From Candidatus Kapaibacterium sp. (GTDB taxonomy: Bacteria; Bacteroidota; Ignavibacteria; Kapaibacteriales; UBA2268): a stretch of DNA of 64,000 nt. The position numbers were made by a program, and so were the translations under genes. Positions 51,240-59,857 of the stretch are shown here, one piece after another; positions within the stretch are counted from its first letter, which is position 1; each line of letters begins with the position of its first letter. The stretch covers positions 1,152,001 through 1,216,000 of the forward strand of contig OY761611.1 of NCBI GenBank assembly GCA_963664875.1. The letters are read 5' to 3'. The notes under the pieces are model-generated. The model saw nothing but the letters and a program-made list of their open reading frames with translations. It searched no databases and was not told the origin of the DNA.

Positions 51240-51527
51240 ATGTACTTAACAGAAAAAGAAACAACTGATAATGCTATATTTGCTCCTGAACAAGCTAAAT
51301 CCTACGAAGAAAGCTTGAAGCATTACCGTGATTTGAAAAATTCTCTCGATACCGCTCATGAGGAAGGTTTTGTTGAAGGGATTGAAGAAGGTAGAAAAGA
51401 AGGAATTGAAGAGGGCAGAAAAAACACTATACTGTTATTGCATAAATTGGGTTATAAAAAAGAAGATATTGCTATACATACCAAAACTGATATTGATTTC
51501 GTTGATGATGTGCTTTCCAATGAATAG
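51240..51527 (+). CDS. Mini-Rpn: first 6 residues of Rpn fused to the Rpn C-terminal domain (RpnS-like)
   Basis: Starts MYLTEK, identical to the upstream gene, then PEQAKSYEESLKHYRDLKNSLDTAH, also identical, then EG repeats and a divergent HTH tail. Confidence 0.75.
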   Translation: MYLTEKETTDNAIFAPEQAKSYEESLKHYRDLKNSLDTAHEEGFVEGIEEGRKEGIEEGRKNTILLLHKLGYKKEDIAIHTKTDIDFVDDVLSNE

Positions 51528-51593
51528 TTTCTATTGTTTGCAACCGTCCACTTCAAAATATCGTAATATAAAAATAAAGAACATAGGAGTAAT

Positions 51594-52217
51594 ATGATGT
51601 ATCTTAGAAAGATTTGGATTGTTTCAGTATTGATTTGCTTGACTTTTATCAGCTGCAATACTTTAAATCAGATAAAACAATCAATGGTAAACTTGAAACG
51701 TTGTGAATTTAGACTGAAAAATGTAAATAATTTTCAGCTTAATAGCATCAACCTTTCCAATAAAAAGTCTATAAATGACTTTTCTATCTCTGATGGACTT
51801 AAACTTACTAACGCTTTTGCAAAGAAATCTTTTCCGGCACATTTTATTTTAAATGTTGAAGCAAATAATCCGAACGACGGTACGGGTGGTACAAAACAAA
51901 GCTCAGCAACACTGACATCATTCGATTGGACACTTTATATTGATGATGTGCCAACAATTTCCGGAAATATAGCTGAACCTATAGTAATTCCCGGAACCGG
52001 CCAATCTGCAATCATACCTTTAGATATTTCCTTAGATTTATATGAGTTTTTCGGCAAGCAAGGCTATGATAGAGTAATTAATTTGGCATTGGCTTTGGGT
52101 GGGGCAAACTCCTCCCCATCGAAGATTACTTTAGATGCACGGCCAACAATAAACACTTCACTAGGTCCTATTTCATACCCCGGAAGAATAAAGATTGTAG
52201 AAAAAACTTGGAAATAA
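51594..52217 (+). CDS. Lipoprotein, LEA_2-like
   Basis: Lipobox 'FISC', 'VEANNPN...ATLTSFDWTLYID'. Confidence 0.7.
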   Translation: MMYLRKIWIVSVLICLTFISCNTLNQIKQSMVNLKRCEFRLKNVNNFQLNSINLSNKKSINDFSISDGLKLTNAFAKKSFPAHFILNVEANNPNDGTGGTKQSSATLTSFDWTLYIDDVPTISGNIAEPIVIPGTGQSAIIPLDISLDLYEFFGKQGYDRVINLALALGGANSSPSKITLDARPTINTSLGPISYPGRIKIVEKTWK

Positions 52218-52226
52218 TTACCCCGC

Positions 52227-52256
52227 GAGCTATCAACCGATAGCTCTTTTTTTTTT
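52227..52256 (+). terminator. Intrinsic terminator
   Basis: gagctatc-aacc-gatagctc followed by 10 T. Confidence 0.85.
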
Positions 52257-52299
52257 GCTTCGACATATCACATTCTTATGTTGATTTATAAAATTTAAT

Positions 52300-52343
52300 T
52301 TTGAACAATAAACAAAAAAGCTATATTTGACCATACGGTTAAA
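52300..52343 (+). promoter_or_regulatory. Bacteroidota-type promoter (TTTG...TATATTTG) overlapped by a putative TetR operator palindrome
   Basis: TTTG at 52300-52303, TATATTTG at 52322-52329, imperfect palindrome tttgacc-atac-ggttaaa at 52326-52343, directly upstream of the tetR genes. Confidence 0.55.
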
Positions 52344-52384
52344 CCAACAAATCAAACTGATTGTTTTTACTATTTGGTTGTGGT

Positions 52385-52714
52385 ATGAATAATAGCAATT
52401 TTAGAAGAGAACGAATAATTCTAAACGCAATGCAGCTCTTTATGAGTAAAGGTTATTTAGACACTAAGCTTATTGAAATTGCTGAAGTATCCGGAATACC
52501 ACTCTATATTGTGCTTGATCTATTTGAAAATAAATTTGAATTTTTCCAAGAATGTATCAGGTTCGCAAAATCTATAAACAATAGCGTTATTAGTTTTTCT
52601 GTACTTATTGAAGAAAACCGTGAGCTAATAAAAGAGTTTGAAGAAACGTGTAAATGTCAGAAGGAATATATCCATACCGGCTTAAACCCTTTTATACCAA
52701 TTAGTTTTATTTAA
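52385..52714 (+). CDS. Short TetR-like HTH protein
   Basis: 'RERIILNAMQLFMSKGYLDTKLIEIAEVSGI...FENKFEFF' TetR N-domain, with a truncated ligand domain. Confidence 0.65.
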   Translation: MNNSNFRRERIILNAMQLFMSKGYLDTKLIEIAEVSGIPLYIVLDLFENKFEFFQECIRFAKSINNSVISFSVLIEENRELIKEFEETCKCQKEYIHTGLNPFIPISFI

Positions 52715-52739
52715 CAATCAAAACTCAGGAGTTTGAATA

Positions 52740-53354
52740 ATGGAGAATGAACTTGTAACTGAAGAAAAAATTTTACAAGCTGCTATGAAAGTTTTTACAA
52801 GAAAAGGATATACAGGTGCAAGGATGCAGGAAATTGCAGACGAAGCTGAAATAAATAAAGCCTCCTTGCACTATTACTTCAGAAGCAAGCAGCTCCTTTT
52901 TGAGAGAATCTTTCAGTCTGTTCTTACAAAATTTTTAGGTGAAGTAGTCACAAAATTAGACTCCGATTTGTGCATTGATGATAAAATTAGATTCTTTTGC
53001 GAAAATTATATCAATCTAATACAAAAGAATCCGGGGTTCCCGAACTTTATTCTAAACGAATTGCACCAAAATCCTCAATATATTTTCGAACTCTTTAACA
53101 AACAACAGATACAACAGAGAATCAAAAATTTCATGTTCCAATACAAAGAAGAAGTTGCCAAAGGCAATTATAGAGAAATGGATATGAGGCAGTTAATTAC
53201 AAACATTATCTCTTTGAGTATCTTCCCCTTTGCGGCTCGCCCTATCCTACAATTCAATTTAGATTTGTCAAATGATGAATTTTATGAGTTTATGGAAGAT
53301 AGGAAAAAGCATATCCCCGAATTTATACTAAACAGTATCAAAATAAATAAATAG
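52740..53354 (+). CDS. TetR/AcrR family regulator
   Basis: 'KILQAAMKVFTRKGYTGARMQEIADEAEINKASLHYYFRSK'. Confidence 0.92.
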   Translation: MENELVTEEKILQAAMKVFTRKGYTGARMQEIADEAEINKASLHYYFRSKQLLFERIFQSVLTKFLGEVVTKLDSDLCIDDKIRFFCENYINLIQKNPGFPNFILNELHQNPQYIFELFNKQQIQQRIKNFMFQYKEEVAKGNYREMDMRQLITNIISLSIFPFAARPILQFNLDLSNDEFYEFMEDRKKHIPEFILNSIKINK

Positions 53355-53364
53355 TAGGCACAAG

Positions 53365-54639
53365 ATGAAACAACTACTTATTGCAATAATATTTTTGCTC
53401 AATTTGCTGTTGCAGTTACTAAACATATCAGCTCAGGAACTTACTCTTGATGACTGCATTAATGCTGCGATAGAGAAGAACAAACAGCAGAAAAATACTA
53501 AACTTATTGAACAGAAAAATGATTTAGAGCAGTACAATTTGCTCTCAAATTATTATCCTCAGTTGACTCTTGAAGCAAGTGCGTCTTATCAAAGTGATGT
53601 GATGGCACTTCCAATCAAGCTACCAAATTTGAATTTACCAACAATTCCAAATGAAAACTACCAGCTAACTGCACAGGTACAGCAATTAATCTGGGATGGT
53701 GGAAGTGTTTCAGCTGCTTCAAATAGTAAAGAGTTAGAAAATGTACTACAAAAAACAAGTATTGAAATTACAACTCAGCAGCTTAAAGAGACAACAAGTT
53801 CTTTGTTCTTTGGTGCATTATTGTTACAAGAGAAGCTTTTGATTCTGCAGGAAAATATTGAATTTTTAGAATCAAAAGAGGCTCAGCTTCAATCTTTGTA
53901 TAAGAACGGAGTGATTGTAAAAAGCAATCTTCTTGCATTGCAGATTGAAATTGAGAAATTGAAACAAGAGCTAAACGCAACAAGTTATGATCTGCAATCA
54001 CTCAAAAATACATTGGCGAATTATTTGGAAATACCTGATTTGTCAAGCATGACTCTTAAAAATCCTAATATGAAATCAAATAGTAATGTTAGTATAAAGA
54101 GAGCTGAACTTAAAGCGATTGAGCAAAAAAATGACTTATTAGAATCCGGTAAAGAGTCCGTTTCAAGTCAGCTTATGCCCAAAATTGCCGCATTTGCAAA
54201 AGTTGGTTACGGAAACCCAAACCCGATGAATGTATTTGAAGAAGGTGCTCAGACCTATTATATGGCAGGAATCAACTTAAAATGGCAGCCGTTTGACTGG
54301 TTCAAGTCAAGCAAAACCAAAGAGGTGATTGAGATAAATAAAGCTATGAACAACAACGATAAACATGAGCTTGAAAGAAATCTGAATAATATAGTTATCA
54401 CTGAGAACATGAATATAAAAAAGTATGATGAGCTTCTTTCGCAGGACGAATCAATCATCGATATGCAAGGAAAAATACTTGATATGACTTTCTCTCAGTT
54501 AGCGAATGGTACAATCACTTCTACTGAATATATAGTTGAAGTTAAAAAAATGACTGATTCTAAAATCAATAAATCAGTCCACAATATTCAAAAGCAGATG
54601 GCTATCAGCAATCTTTTAATCAAAACCGGCAATAAATAA
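53365..54639 (+). CDS. TolC family outer membrane efflux protein
   Basis: Signal peptide, 'LTLDDCINAAIE', 'YYPQLTL', 'QLIWDGG', OEP-like repeats. Confidence 0.88.
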   Translation: MKQLLIAIIFLLNLLLQLLNISAQELTLDDCINAAIEKNKQQKNTKLIEQKNDLEQYNLLSNYYPQLTLEASASYQSDVMALPIKLPNLNLPTIPNENYQLTAQVQQLIWDGGSVSAASNSKELENVLQKTSIEITTQQLKETTSSLFFGALLLQEKLLILQENIEFLESKEAQLQSLYKNGVIVKSNLLALQIEIEKLKQELNATSYDLQSLKNTLANYLEIPDLSSMTLKNPNMKSNSNVSIKRAELKAIEQKNDLLESGKESVSSQLMPKIAAFAKVGYGNPNPMNVFEEGAQTYYMAGINLKWQPFDWFKSSKTKEVIEINKAMNNNDKHELERNLNNIVITENMNIKKYDELLSQDESIIDMQGKILDMTFSQLANGTITSTEYIVEVKKMTDSKINKSVHNIQKQMAISNLLIKTGNK

Positions 54640-54653
54640 TATAGGTGATATAA

Positions 54654-55553
54654 ATGAAATACTACATTCTTTTTGCAGCGATGGTATTCTTAGCTGCCTG
54701 CAACAGACACGAAGAAAAAGCAGATGCTTACGGCAATTTCGAAGCTACAGAAATCATAGTATCTGCTGAAACTAACGGCAAAATAACTGACCTTTTGATA
54801 GAAGAAGGCGATGATATTAAGTTGGGCGGCTTGTTAGCAGTAATTGATACTACACAACTATATCTAAAAAAAGAACAACTACTTGCTTCAGGTAATGCTA
54901 TTGATGCAAAAACGCAAAACTTATCTGTACAAATCGATGTTTTAGAAAAGCAAAAAGCTAACTTACTTCGCGAGAAGAACAGAGTAGAAAGGCTACTAAA
55001 AGATTCTGCTGCTACCGTTAAGCAATTAGATGATATTTCAGGTGAACTGGAAGTTGTAGATAAAAAAATTGCGGCAACTAAGTCTTCTATTTCAACTGCA
55101 AATAGAGGGATTCTGAGCGAAAAAGAACCACTCTCTGTAAGTATCAAACAGATTGATGATATGATTGAACGCTCTAAAATTGCTTCTCCAACAAGCGGAA
55201 CCATTCTAAAAAAATATATAGAGCTTGGCGAATATGCTGCTCCCGGCAAACCAATTTGCAAGGTTGCAGATTTGAAAGATATGATTCTAAGGGTCTATGT
55301 GAGCGAAACAAGCCTTGCAAAAGTAAAAATCGGCAACGCTGTAAAAGTTGCTATTGATAACGGAAATGAGTTGAAACACTTTGACGGTACTATCTCATGG
55401 GTATCTGACAAAGCAGAATTTACTCCTAAGATTGTGCAAACTAAAGAAGAAAGAGTTAACCTTGTTTATGCAGTCAAAGTAAACGTTAAAAACGACGGCT
55501 CAATCAAAATAGGTATGCCCGGCGAAATAAGTTTTGAAAACGGAGAAAAGTAA
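54654..55553 (+). CDS. HlyD family membrane fusion lipoprotein (YbhG-like)
   Basis: 'YGNFEATEIIVSAE', 'AEFTPKIVQTKEERVNLVYAVK', 'KIGMPGE'. Confidence 0.9.
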   Translation: MKYYILFAAMVFLAACNRHEEKADAYGNFEATEIIVSAETNGKITDLLIEEGDDIKLGGLLAVIDTTQLYLKKEQLLASGNAIDAKTQNLSVQIDVLEKQKANLLREKNRVERLLKDSAATVKQLDDISGELEVVDKKIAATKSSISTANRGILSEKEPLSVSIKQIDDMIERSKIASPTSGTILKKYIELGEYAAPGKPICKVADLKDMILRVYVSETSLAKVKIGNAVKVAIDNGNELKHFDGTISWVSDKAEFTPKIVQTKEERVNLVYAVKVNVKNDGSIKIGMPGEISFENGEK

Positions 55554-55555
55554 CT

Positions 55556-56473
55556 ATGTCAAGCATCTTGATAAAAGACATAGAAAAATCTTATGGTGAT
55601 TGCCATGCTCTTAAACCTGTAAATCTTGAAGTAAACGAAGGTGAGATATTTGGACTGATTGGTCCTGATGGTGCAGGCAAAACAACACTTATCAGAATAC
55701 TAACTTCTCTCATGCTTCCTGATGCAGGCGAAGCTTATGTATCAGGGCATCATGTAGTCAAAGACTATAAAAAAGTTAGAAACATAATCGGCTATATGCC
55801 GGGTAAGTTCGCTTTATATACTGATTTGTCAATAGAAGAAAATCTAAATCTGTTTGCAGGCATATTTGAGACTACAATCGAAAAAAATTATCATTTGATA
55901 GCTCCTATTTATTCTCAAATTGAGCCTTTCAAAAAAAGACTTGCAGGTCAGCTTTCGGGCGGTATGAAGCAGAAACTTGCTCTCTCGTGCGCTCTTATAC
56001 ATAAACCTGAAGTGCTTTTCCTTGATGAACCCACTACGGGTGTCGATCCGGTTTCAAGGAAAGAGTTTTGGGATATGCTTAAAGATTTGAAGAAGCACGG
56101 AATTACCATTTTTGTTTCTACTCCTTATATGGATGAGGCAAATAGATGTGACAGAATAGCTCTTATACAGGATGGAAAAATCTTGGGTGTGGCTACGCCA
56201 AAAGAAATAGAAAACAAGTTTGAACGAGATTTGTATTCCATAAAAGCATCAAATATGCACCTACTGATTACTCATCTAAGAAACTATGAGAACACTCACT
56301 CAGCTTATCCTTTTGGTGAAAGTTGCCACTTCTCGCCTAAAGAGAAGTTGGACGAGAAGCATTTGACTAACTACCTCAGAGAAAGATGCAAGAAAGAGTT
56401 TCACATAGAAAAGATACAACCCGGTATAGAAGATTCATTCATAGAGCTAATGGTGAAAGAAAATGAAGAATAA
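55556..56473 (+). CDS. ABC-2 type ATP-binding protein (YbhF-like, first half)
   Basis: GPDGAGKT, LSGGMKQK, LDEPTTGVDP. Confidence 0.92.
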   Translation: MSSILIKDIEKSYGDCHALKPVNLEVNEGEIFGLIGPDGAGKTTLIRILTSLMLPDAGEAYVSGHHVVKDYKKVRNIIGYMPGKFALYTDLSIEENLNLFAGIFETTIEKNYHLIAPIYSQIEPFKKRLAGQLSGGMKQKLALSCALIHKPEVLFLDEPTTGVDPVSRKEFWDMLKDLKKHGITIFVSTPYMDEANRCDRIALIQDGKILGVATPKEIENKFERDLYSIKASNMHLLITHLRNYENTHSAYPFGESCHFSPKEKLDEKHLTNYLRERCKKEFHIEKIQPGIEDSFIELMVKENEE

Positions 56474-57194
56474 CTATGTCATAGAAGCTGAAAATCTGAC
56501 TAAGAAGTTTGGTGATTTTACCGCGGTTGACTCTATCTCATTCAATGTAAATGTAGGTGAAATCTTCGGTTTTCTCGGAGCAAACGGTGCGGGCAAAACA
56601 ACAGCAATGAAAATGCTTACAGGTTTACTTTCCCCTACTTCAGGGAAAGCCACAGTAGCAGGATTTGATGTATTTACTCAGTCAGAAAGTATAAAAAAAC
56701 GAATCGGATATATGTCGCAGAAATTCTCACTTTATGAAGATTTGACTTTATACGAGAATATCAGATTCTTCGCAGGTATTTATGGACTTAACAATAAGCA
56801 AATTAAAGAAAAGGCAAATGAGCTGATAGGACGTTTCGGTCTGGAAGATTTGAGAAACACTTTGGTTGGTGAGCTACCGCTTGGCTGGAAACAGAAAATA
56901 GCATTTTCTATTGCGGTTATTCATTCACCTGATATTGTTTTCCTTGATGAGCCTACTGGCGGTGTTGACCCCATCACCAGAAGACAATTTTGGGAAATGA
57001 TCTACGAAACAGCACATTCCGGAGTAACTGTATTTGTTACTACTCACTACATGGACGAAGCTGAATATTGCGATAGAATTTCGATGATGGTTGACGGAAG
57101 AATAGAAGCCTTAGATTCACCTGCAGGACTAAAAAAGCGATATGAAACTGACAATATGGACGAAGTTTTTCTCAAAATAGCAAGAGCCAAATAA
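56463..57194 (+). CDS. ABC-2 type ATP-binding protein (YbhF-like, second half)
   Basis: GANGAGKT, LPLGWKQK, LDEPTGGVDP. Confidence 0.92.
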   Translation: MKNNYVIEAENLTKKFGDFTAVDSISFNVNVGEIFGFLGANGAGKTTAMKMLTGLLSPTSGKATVAGFDVFTQSESIKKRIGYMSQKFSLYEDLTLYENIRFFAGIYGLNNKQIKEKANELIGRFGLEDLRNTLVGELPLGWKQKIAFSIAVIHSPDIVFLDEPTGGVDPITRRQFWEMIYETAHSGVTVFVTTHYMDEAEYCDRISMMVDGRIEALDSPAGLKKRYETDNMDEVFLKIARAK

Positions 57195-58300
57195 TGAAAA
57201 AACTACTTGTCTTCACTAAAAAAGAGTTTTATCATATTTTTAGAGATAAGAAGACCTTACTGATTCTCTTCGGTATGCCTATCTTCCAAATTTTAATTTT
57301 TGGATTTGCAATTACTAACGAAATCAATAACGCCAATATCTCTATTTACGATAAATCAAAAGACTATCAATCGCAAAAGTTGATAAATAAAATACTCTCA
57401 ACAAACTATTTCACATTGCATTCTTATCTGAATTCTGATTCCGAAATTGAAGATGCTTTTGAAACGGGTAAAGTAAAGCAGGTTATCATAATTGAACCGG
57501 ACTTTGCAGAGAAGCTAAATAAAGAAGGTGAAGCAAATATACATCTCGTTTCTGATGCAACTGACCCAAACACCGGAACTACTCTCATAAACTATACAAG
57601 CTCAATTATCAGAATTTTTGCAAATGAGTTGAATAAAGGAGTAATACCTGATTTTGTGATAGAAAATGAAATTGAGATGCGTTACAACAAAAGCCTTAAA
57701 GGTGTTTATTTGTTTGTTCCCGGCTTGATTACAGTCATTCTTATGCTCGTTTCAGCAATGATGACTTCTATCTCCCTGACTCGTGAGAAAGAATACGGTT
57801 CTATGGAAATTTTGCTTGCCTCACCAATGAAACCGGCTATTGTGATCATATCCAAAGTTATTCCTTATTTGTTAATTGCTTACACTGATGCACTTTTGAT
57901 TCTACTAATGGGCAAATTTATTTTTGGTGTTCCTATCGTGGGAAGTTTGCCCTTATTATTGGCAGAATGTGCGTTATTTGTGATGTTGGCGCTTTCTCTG
58001 GGTATTTTTATCTCAACGAAAGCAAAAACTCAGCAAGTAGCTTTGATGGTAAGTCTGGTGGGCCTTATGCTTCCAACTATTTTGCTTTCCGGATTTATTT
58101 TCCCTGTTGAAAATATGCCAATTCCATTGCAGGTAGTAGCTTCAATTAATCCTTCCAGATGGTTTATAATTATAGTCAAAGATATAATGCTAAAAGGAGC
58201 AGGATTAGACATTCTATGGCAAGAAACATTGATTCTTTTAGGTTTCACTCTTGGTTTTATTCTGCTCAGTATCAAAAACTTTAAGGTAAGGCTGTCATGA
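57194..58300 (+). CDS. ABC-2 permease (YbhS-like)
   Basis: 'KEFYHIFRD', 'REKEYGSMEIL', 'LSGFIFPVENMP'. Confidence 0.9.
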   Translation: MKKLLVFTKKEFYHIFRDKKTLLILFGMPIFQILIFGFAITNEINNANISIYDKSKDYQSQKLINKILSTNYFTLHSYLNSDSEIEDAFETGKVKQVIIIEPDFAEKLNKEGEANIHLVSDATDPNTGTTLINYTSSIIRIFANELNKGVIPDFVIENEIEMRYNKSLKGVYLFVPGLITVILMLVSAMMTSISLTREKEYGSMEILLASPMKPAIVIISKVIPYLLIAYTDALLILLMGKFIFGVPIVGSLPLLLAECALFVMLALSLGIFISTKAKTQQVALMVSLVGLMLPTILLSGFIFPVENMPIPLQVVASINPSRWFIIIVKDIMLKGAGLDILWQETLILLGFTLGFILLSIKNFKVRLS

Positions 58301-59424
58301 GAAATGTAAAATTTCTTTTAGAAAAAGAGTTCAAACAGGTATTCAGAAATAAAGCGATGTTGCCTATCATTTTTGTGATGCCGATAATTCAGCTTTTGAT
58401 ACTTGCAAATGCGGCTACATTCGATATAAAAAATCTGAAACTATATATCGTTGACAAAGATATGTCTTCTGTTTCAAGGCAGATTATCAATAAATTTGAG
58501 GCATCTCCTTATTTTGTATTGGAAGAAGTAAGTTTGAGCGAGAAATACGCTGATGAAGCAATACAGGACTCGAAAGCAGATCTGTACATCGAAATTCCTA
58601 AAAATTTTGAGTATGACTTAGTTCGTGAAAAGCACGCAAAAACTAAAATTGTTACAAATGCAATCGACGGCACAAAAGCCGGCCTTGCAATGAACTATGC
58701 CTCAAATATTTTGAATGATTATAATGTAGAAATCGCTCATGAATTGGCAATTTCTACAAATTCGATGCCTCAGGATCAACTGAAAAAGATAAACGTGGAG
58801 TATTCAAACTGGTATAACGAAGATTTGAAATACGATACATTTATGGTGCCTGGTATATTAGTCTTATTGGTAACGATGATAGGAACATTCCTTTCCTCAA
58901 TGAATATCGTAAAAGAAAAAGAAATCGGAACTATAGAGCAGATAAACGTAACGCCAATTCGCAAGCACGAATTTATAATCGGGAAGCTTTTGCCGTTTTT
59001 GGTAATTGCACTATTTGAGCTTGCATTGGGTTTAGTTGTTTCAAAACTTGTCTATAATATTCCTATTCTTGGAAGTATAGGTCTGATTTTCATGTTTGCA
59101 ACTGCGTACATGATAGTTTTTCTTGGGATTGGTCTCTTTATATCAACTTTTACTACAACGCAGCAGCAGGCTATGTTTTTGTCTTGGTTTGTAATGGTAA
59201 TCTTTATCCTTCTCTCGGGACTTTTCACACCTGTAGAGAATATGCCTGAATGGGTACAGTATCTGACTTATTTAAATCCGATTAGATACTTTATTGAAGT
59301 AATCAGAATGGTGATGCTCAAAGGAGCAGGCTTAGAAAACATCACATTCCACTTCAAAATGATGGGCATATTTGCAGTAATATTCAATGTAAGTGCTATA
59401 CTGAGATATAAGAAGACAGTTTGA
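58297..59424 (+). CDS. ABC-2 permease (YbhR-like)
   Basis: 'KEFKQVFR', 'KEKEIGTIEQINVTPI', 'LSGLFTPVENMP'. Confidence 0.9.
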   Translation: MRNVKFLLEKEFKQVFRNKAMLPIIFVMPIIQLLILANAATFDIKNLKLYIVDKDMSSVSRQIINKFEASPYFVLEEVSLSEKYADEAIQDSKADLYIEIPKNFEYDLVREKHAKTKIVTNAIDGTKAGLAMNYASNILNDYNVEIAHELAISTNSMPQDQLKKINVEYSNWYNEDLKYDTFMVPGILVLLVTMIGTFLSSMNIVKEKEIGTIEQINVTPIRKHEFIIGKLLPFLVIALFELALGLVVSKLVYNIPILGSIGLIFMFATAYMIVFLGIGLFISTFTTTQQQAMFLSWFVMVIFILLSGLFTPVENMPEWVQYLTYLNPIRYFIEVIRMVMLKGAGLENITFHFKMMGIFAVIFNVSAILRYKKTV

Positions 59425-59481
59425 GAATAACTAACAAAAGTCATTTTAAAGCACAATTAAGCCATTATCTTGTTTATTGGG

Positions 59482-59668
59482 AGGCTATCTCATAAGTCAA
59501 AATTTGCATTTTATTCTTGATGTCTGTAAGTTTTACCGACAGCTTAAGCAGTCGGCTGCATTTGTGTAACTCTTTGCAACTGCATGCTTTAGCTTGCGGT
59601 AGAAAAAAAAAATATAACGTTTGTTTTTCCTCTACTTTTACTAAAGACTCAGACTTATGAGGCAGCCT
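59482..59668. mobile_element. MITE/REPIN-like element, copy 2
   Basis: TIRs aggctatctcataagtc / gacttatgaggcagcct (2 mismatches). Interior aligns with 1326-1532 (gtaagttttaccgacagct..., gctttagcttgcggtaga..., aacgtttgtttttcctctactttta). Confidence 0.8.
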
Positions 59669-59782
59669 TTTCCCTGATTCAATATGAAATTTTTTCTTAC
59701 ATTAACTAATTGAATTCTTCTACGTAAATAAAGGAAGTTGCAAATATTTTTGAGTCCTAATGACAAATCAGGGATTATAACA

Positions 59783-59825
59783 AAAAATACCGCAGTGATA
59801 TTTGTCATATATCGCTGCGGTTTAT
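59783..59825 (-). terminator. Terminator after the BNR protein gene
   Basis: aaaaaataccgcagtgatat...atatcgctgcggt hairpin with A tract. Confidence 0.65.
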
Positions 59826-59857
59826 TGATTTATATTATAGCATATAGACTACAATTC

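Noticed and set aside
50933-51597. EG-repeat DNA (gaagaaggcagaaaagagggaatt) as a CRISPR array or DGR template/variable repeat
   Set aside because: The repeats are in-frame coding units of the Rpn tail with no unique spacers. No reverse transcriptase is present and differences are not adenine-specific.
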